Below the pieces are notes generated by a model. It did not search any database. It was not told the DNA's origin and saw only the letters and a program-made list of their open reading frames with translations. A program made the translations under genes and the position numbers. This document shows positions 58,156 through 64,000 of a stretch of 64,000 nucleotides of DNA, one piece after another. Every line of letters begins with the position of its first letter. The stretch's first letter is position 1. Source of the DNA: Selaginella moellendorffii (Eukaryota; Plantae; Lycopodiophyta); NCBI RefSeq assembly GCF_000143415.4, contig NW_003314362.1, forward strand, positions 333,648-397,647. Direction: 5' to 3'.

Positions 58156-61100
58156 GGTTTCTTTGAGGGATTGAGTCAAAAACATATTTCACCGCACTGG
58201 GCATTTGCTCGGAGCATTCCAGTCCACCCCATAACATCGTGCTGTGGCAGTCTCTCATATATGCCTCTCGCAAGATTAGTGCAGCCATGCTGCGCAAAAG
58301 AGTTGACAGGTGTTGCCCATGACACGGAATCTCTCTGCGTCATCCTCGCAAAGAACTTTTGTGCTTGCATCCGCAGCGATCATAGAGTTCCGTAGAACTG
58401 GATTGCTCAGTATTTTTGTGTGTGAGAATCATGATCTCGTTCCATCCTGACAACAGCTTCTTTGCTTCGAGAATCACATTCCACGACACAGAGTCTCTCA
58501 GGCATGTTTTCAAATTGGTTTCTAGCCTCGCTAATCATTCCAGCTTTCGCAAATAGCATTCATGCAAACTACGTGCCACTCTGGAATTCGATAAAAAACA
58601 AGCCTCGCTACGTGAATTTGCCGGCTTTGGGCATTTGCTGAAAGAAGCGCATTCATTCTTCCCGGGCATGGACTCCAAGACGCGCTTGGCCTCGTGAAGC
58701 TGCTGGTTGTGAATGTAGGCCTGGAGTGTCGATTTCCCGCTGGGATTCCTGCGGTCCAGTGTCGATCGACAGAGGGATTCCATCCGTGGTCTCGAATGCG
58801 TCCAGAGCACGAGGGATTCTTCGCCAGGTGACGCCCAAGATCCAAGCGTTCCAGGCAACTACATTCTCGCCTCAACCAGGCAGCCAGACATGCCCATCAA
58901 GCTGCAAGGAACGTAGAGATCACTGTGCTGCTTGGCTCTCTGCGAGGCTTGCGCTCCTTGATTCCCTCCACTCGGGCACAATGGAGCTTGTTCCTGGAAG
59001 CCATTCTAGTCTTGCTCGCTTGCCTGAGCCCAGCAGCGCCTTCCATGGTTAGCACGCTTATGGAACAATATCCTTGTGGAGCGGATCAACGCTGCCTTTG
59101 TGCCCGTGCTCGCAGTGCACAAAGGGCTCGAGTTTTAGTTCCATCTCGATAAACAATAAGTTTGTTTTCCAGGTGATTAGATTCTGGAGATAAACAATAG
59201 GCAGCGCAAAACTTTTGAGAAGAGAAAGCTGTTCTCTCTCCCAAGTCTTAGAATTTTCTCTCCCGGATCGACGACGCTGTCGAGAGAATCTGGAGCACAG
59301 CAGCGATTCTCGCAGTTTGAAACGAAAAAGTCGTGAAACTCGTCACGATATCTCAATAGCTTCTTGTTCTTGCTCAAGTTCCTCGAAAAACTCTTCGAGC
59401 GCTCTCTCGTCTCCTGCCCGAGTAGCAAGGCCGATGGCACGGGTCCATAGCCACCAGGCAGCGTACGTGTTGGCCAGAAGCATGCACGACTGCGTCTTCT
59501 TGTCTGGAGCGAAATGGTTGATGTAGTTTGTCACCCGCAGTGCTCGAGCGATGTCGCTGTGCGTTTTGCAGGCACTCGGCTCGAACGGCATGTTGCAAAT
59601 CATATCCTCGGCGATTTCCAAACGCCCCGCTCTTCCCAGAACGTCGAGGAAGCAACCATAGCACTCGTTTGCAAAGCTAACTCCATAGTCCCCTATTATA
59701 CAAAGAAAGCCAAACCAGTCAGTCAGCCCCACACCATCGCCACCGCGTCCTGCTCGCTCAGATCCATTGACAAGCTTAGCTCCCTAGCACTGAGCTTGAG
59801 CTTGCAAACTTCCTGCTCCAGCTTGTGTATCTCGTCCCTGTGAGCCCGCAAGTCCGCCTCGGACTTCCTCTGTATCCTTTCCACTCTTTGCTTGGCCGCC
59901 GCTTCGGCTTTCTCCCTGGCTAGTTTCTCGGCCTCCAAACGCAAGAGTGCCTCGTCTTTGGCCTTCTTGTCTTGCCTGCTCCTACCCTGTGTAGTGTTCA
60001 TGGAAGTTAACACATGAATGCAAGGGAAGTATATGCGTACCTCGGCTTGGTGCTGGGACTCTTGTATTTCTGATGTATATGGTCAATCCACCTGTCGCGC
60101 AAACAGGTTTGCCGCTCTTTTCTCTCTTTACACTGCCTTTGTGTCCTTTCACTGCTCTTTTGATCCCTTTGACAGAGTGCCAACTCCGACATCCAGGTGA
60201 CGGCGTCCTTGAATTGGACCCCCTGGAAGAGCGGCAGACGCCTTGGGAGCCTTCCACAAGATGGAAGATTGAGATGTTTTCTCGTGGAACATTGCGACGG
60301 CGGCATTTGCCCGATGCGAGAAGCGGTGGCACTCATGCTTCTTCATTCAACGCCTCAGATCCACGCGGTATTCGTCGCCGCTGGCCTAAGATAATGAGCT
60401 CGCATTTGCCCCACTGGTCTCCCACGAGGTTCTGCCAGCCAGCTCCTGCAAGCTTTCGCCCAGGATCTTGGGAAGCTGAAAGCTGAGGCACACAAGCAAG
60501 TACCGCAGAATCTCCATCGCCACAGTGCTGCTCAACGTCTACGGCAAGCTCACGCCACGATCAGCAGCCGCACTTTCCATACATTTCCATGACGAGATTA
60601 GCGAGGCCGCTGGAGACGATTTCCTCCCAGAGATCTGTGCTCACCGACCGCATCCTTGACAAGGCGTCCGCTCCTCATTCCTGCAAATCGGAAGGATAAC
60701 TTACACACAAGCAATCGAGATTTATTCTTTCCTTTGCGTGATCTTATGCGTGAAAGACTTTCCCTTCGAAACTCCTGTGCAATGGAGCAAGCACCAAAGG
60801 TGTGTTAGAGGGAAACCAAAATCAACGTTTTCTGGTGATCTTCTCATTCCAGGTATCTCGCAGAGCAGCTCTTCCAAGGGCCCGTCTTTGTATGCGACTA
60901 TCAAAACGCGTTTCATAGCGATGATGGCCAGATGGCGGCATGCTAGTGCGCGAGGCGGGAAAAGGCTCCCTCCCACAAGCTCGCCGACCTGGAAGAAAAA
61001 CACGACTTTCAAGAGCTCTGGCTTTGATTCTCCTGGGGAGCCAGATGCAAAGGTATGGGGATTTGAGAGTTTCGTAAGACCTCCGGGCCACTGAAATGGT

Positions 61101-64000
61101 GTGCTTGATTCTTGCAGGCTCGTATGTAGAAGAACTACATACGAGTGGTACTGGATTGGCGACGATGGGATCGTGAAGCACTCTGGATTCGGGCTGGGAT
61201 TTGAGAGGATGAGTAGAGAACATCGGGGATGTGATATTTCCTGGAAAGGCCAATCAATGGATCACAACGTTGACAAGAGTATATGCTGATAAGTCACCGT
61301 CACGAAAGCTGTCACAGGAATATTCTTTAGGAGATTTTCCTCATGGTATTAATCGAAAAAGTTTATCGCCTCCACAAGGCTCTGAACACTCATGGCCTTT
61401 ACTTTGGCCAAGGCGTTGGCGTCAGCAGCCAAGGAATTACTGTTGAGTTTAGCGGTGAAGCTGGTGATGGTTATGGTGGCTTCCCAGGTGGTGATCTTCC
61501 CCGCCTTCTTTGTCATGGTGGCGTCCGCCCAATACATATTTAACTCCGGGTTTGTGGCTGGCGACCTGAAGGAGAAGAGCGTGTACAGCGCCCGAACACT
61601 AGTGTTGTCCTCGACGTGCGCAAGCGTAGGGACGTGCAGCAGCGCCTTTTGCAAAGTCTTGGTAATCTGGTTAGCGGTCTCAGTGTCGTGGGTGCGCTGC
61701 AGGTAGTCGCTGACGTCTTTCCAGATCGTGTCGCAGCTGCCAGACATGTCCTCGCTGGCCGCTGCCGTGAGGTAAACATACTGCGGGAATGTGGTGACAA
61801 GCACTGTCAGAAACTGCTGGAAATGCTTGGCCTGTTGGCTGGCCTCGGCGGGATCGGTGATGAGCTTTGGAGAGTAGTGGGCGAGTTGCATTCCAACAGC
61901 CGTAAAAGTTGCCAAGGCGTGGACATGGAACTTTGGTAGCTTGTAAACCTCGGCATTTGCTCCAGGAAGAGGCGGGGCGTTCACAGCAATAGCTACAGGA
62001 ATGTAGACATCTACATCAGTGGCCACATGAGCGTCAACATGCAGGAATCGTGCTCGAGAGACCGCCTTGGAGTTGGAGCTCACGTTCCTGAACACCTCTA
62101 AAGCGTGATTGAACTCATTGTTATTCATCAGCAATGGCAGCGCCATGAATATAAAAGCGGGATAAAGAGCAGAGTGATCTAGAGACAACGAGAAAGGAGC
62201 GGATGTTCAGATGGGTAGTCATTCCAGCTTTATATACCACCAAGAGCTTGAGCATGCAAAAAACGATGTCAATTGCAATGAATGATCAAGGACATGGGGC
62301 CATCTTGAAGTTCCAAGGAATGACAGTGAAATATCACTTTCTTAATAGAATGCTATACTTTTTGAGATTGCAAGATCATAGCTAGAACTATACATCAGCC
62401 TACGTACCCTTGCAAAAAAAACATATCATAAATCATCAAGGACATGGCCCCAATATGGAATGACTGTGAAATATCACTTTTTTGACAGTTATGCTATAGC
62501 AATGTTGAGATTGCAAGATCATAGCTGGTCCAGCATGACATTTTTTTGTTTTGCAAGGGTACGTATGTCGTCAAGAGCTGGAATGACCCATTGCAATTGA
62601 CAAGTAAGTATATACCCTTGCAAAAAAAAAATGTCATGAATGATAAGGGACATGGTTTATATATAGGGCTTTAATTTCGACAACCTACTTGACAAAAGAG
62701 CCTTTAGTGGCTATTTTATCTCTATTTATCCCCCAAGGTTTTAATGATCCATGATGACAGTATATTTAAATATTATCTTATGATCACATGCGCTACATTA
62801 AAGATTGACAATGTAATATACAGCATGCTATACTTGTTGAGATTGCAAGGTCATAGCTACCAACCTATATACCCTTGCAAAAAACATTGTTATAAATTAT
62901 CAAGGACATGTGGGCCCCAATCTTGAAACGAACAAGCGAGCAAACCTTATGCCAACCTCCCAACCCTTAAGGCGTTACAGCCTTATATCCCACAAGCCAT
63001 AGAATATTTTAAAAATAATCCTATGGTTTCATGTCAAATCTTGCTTGGCATAACCAATACACCCTTAGCCCTCACAGAAATCATTAATTATGGCATTAGA
63101 CCAGACAAGGGCTAGAAATGTACACCATCCAGCATGACATTTTTTTTTTTGCAAAGGCTTTTTGCAAGGGTATGCACGTCCTCAAGAACTGGATGCAATT
63201 GACAAGTATGTACATACCCTAGCAAAATAAAAATAAAAATAAAAAATTGTGAATGGTCAAGGACATGGGTGGTCCCCAATTTTGACAACCTCAAGAGGTC
63301 AAATTCAGCTTCATTGTTGAGATTGCAAGATCATAGCTACCAACCTACATACCCTTGCAAAAAACATTGTCATAAATTATTAAGGACATGGGCGTAGAGC
63401 TGCTACAAGTGGGCCCCAATCTCACTTATAAGAAATGATGGTGAAACATCACTTTCTTATCACTTTAGGGTGTCCTGACAAATATTAATGGTTGCCTCTG
63501 GCATAATTAATTATTTCTAAATCATTAATTATGGCATCTAGGTCCAGACAAGGGCTAGAACTGTACACCAACCTATGTGGTCCATCTTTTTATTTTTTGC
63601 AAGGGTACGTACGTCGTCAATAGCTGGAATGACCGCTCTGCCCTTGACGAGTACATGCAAAACAAATGTGTCATGAATGATCAAGGACATGAGCTTAAAG
63701 AATGACGGTGCATGCTATAAGCATGCCTAGAGTATACCAATGCAATTTTGTTTTCAGTCTCTGCAAATGGACTCACTTTTATTATGCAGCACAGATCTGG
63801 CTGTTGATAATGTCACATGTTCAAAGTTGACATACTACCAAATTCTGAGCTCCAGCTATAAAGATCCCAGTGATCCATCACGGTTAACACCAAGGCCTGT
63901 TATTTGATCTCCTTTCACGTCCAGCAATTGTGTGTTCAGTCTTTCTTTCCCCTCTCAAACCTTATTCTCACAAGTGTGCTTCTGCAGGTGTATCTTGAAC
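58156..64000. repeat. Tandem segmental repeat, copy 3 (truncated by window end; lacks both copy-specific insertions in the part visible)
   Basis: Near-identical to 10349-17879 minus the solo LTR; shows the empty sites GATGTGATATTTCC and CAACCTATATACCC. Confidence 0.95.
61349..62146 (-). CDS. Gene A copy 3 (one F-to-L change: HVPTLAH versus HVPTFAH)
   Basis: Intact ORF in the track. Confidence 0.8.
   Translation of the reverse strand: MALPLLMNNNEFNHALEVFRNVSSNSKAVSRARFLHVDAHVATDVDVYIPVAIAVNAPPLPGANAEVYKLPKFHVHALATFTAVGMQLAHYSPKLITDPAEASQQAKHFQQFLTVLVTTFPQYVYLTAAASEDMSGSCDTIWKDVSDYLQRTHDTETANQITKTLQKALLHVPTLAHVEDNTSVRALYTLFSFRSPATNPELNMYWADATMTKKAGKITTWEATITITSFTAKLNSNSLAADANALAKVKAMSVQSLVEAINFFD

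Overview
Eukaryotic plant genomic DNA. Very short introns, a GC-rich PLS-class PPR gene and the LTR families present suggest a lycophyte such as Selaginella (inference). The first ~10.3 kb is single-copy: a kinase pseudogene, a multi-exon NOP14 gene, tRNA-Thr(AGT), an inverted patchwork of PPR sequence and an intact PLS-E PPR gene. From ~10,349 to the window end is a head-to-tail tandem array of an ~11.8 kb core unit (copies start at ~10349, ~34627 and ~58156; the third runs off the window). Each unit carries a mosaic of gene fragments (PPR, RF298/PIR-like E3 ligase, AsnRS). It also carries a divergently transcribed pair of intronless, mutually homologous genes of unknown function (A, 265 aa, minus strand; B, 279 aa, plus strand). 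These two genes are the only intact ORFs in the unit, and their predicted topology resembles Cyt/Evf/volvatoxin-type pore-forming proteins. Their shared intergenic region is built from a reiterated hairpin-forming module. Copies 1 and 2 each carry different nested LTR retrotransposon insertions with readable TSDs. Copy 1 has a triple nest of related chromovirus-type elements and a solo LTR. Copy 2 has a short-LTR chromovirus containing a tandem Cassandra (5S-bearing TRIM) array, which contains a non-autonomous LTR element that appears to have been captured without integrase at a DNA break healed with filler DNA and telomeric repeats. Best candidate for a novel system: the amplified A/B putative two-component toxin gene pair.
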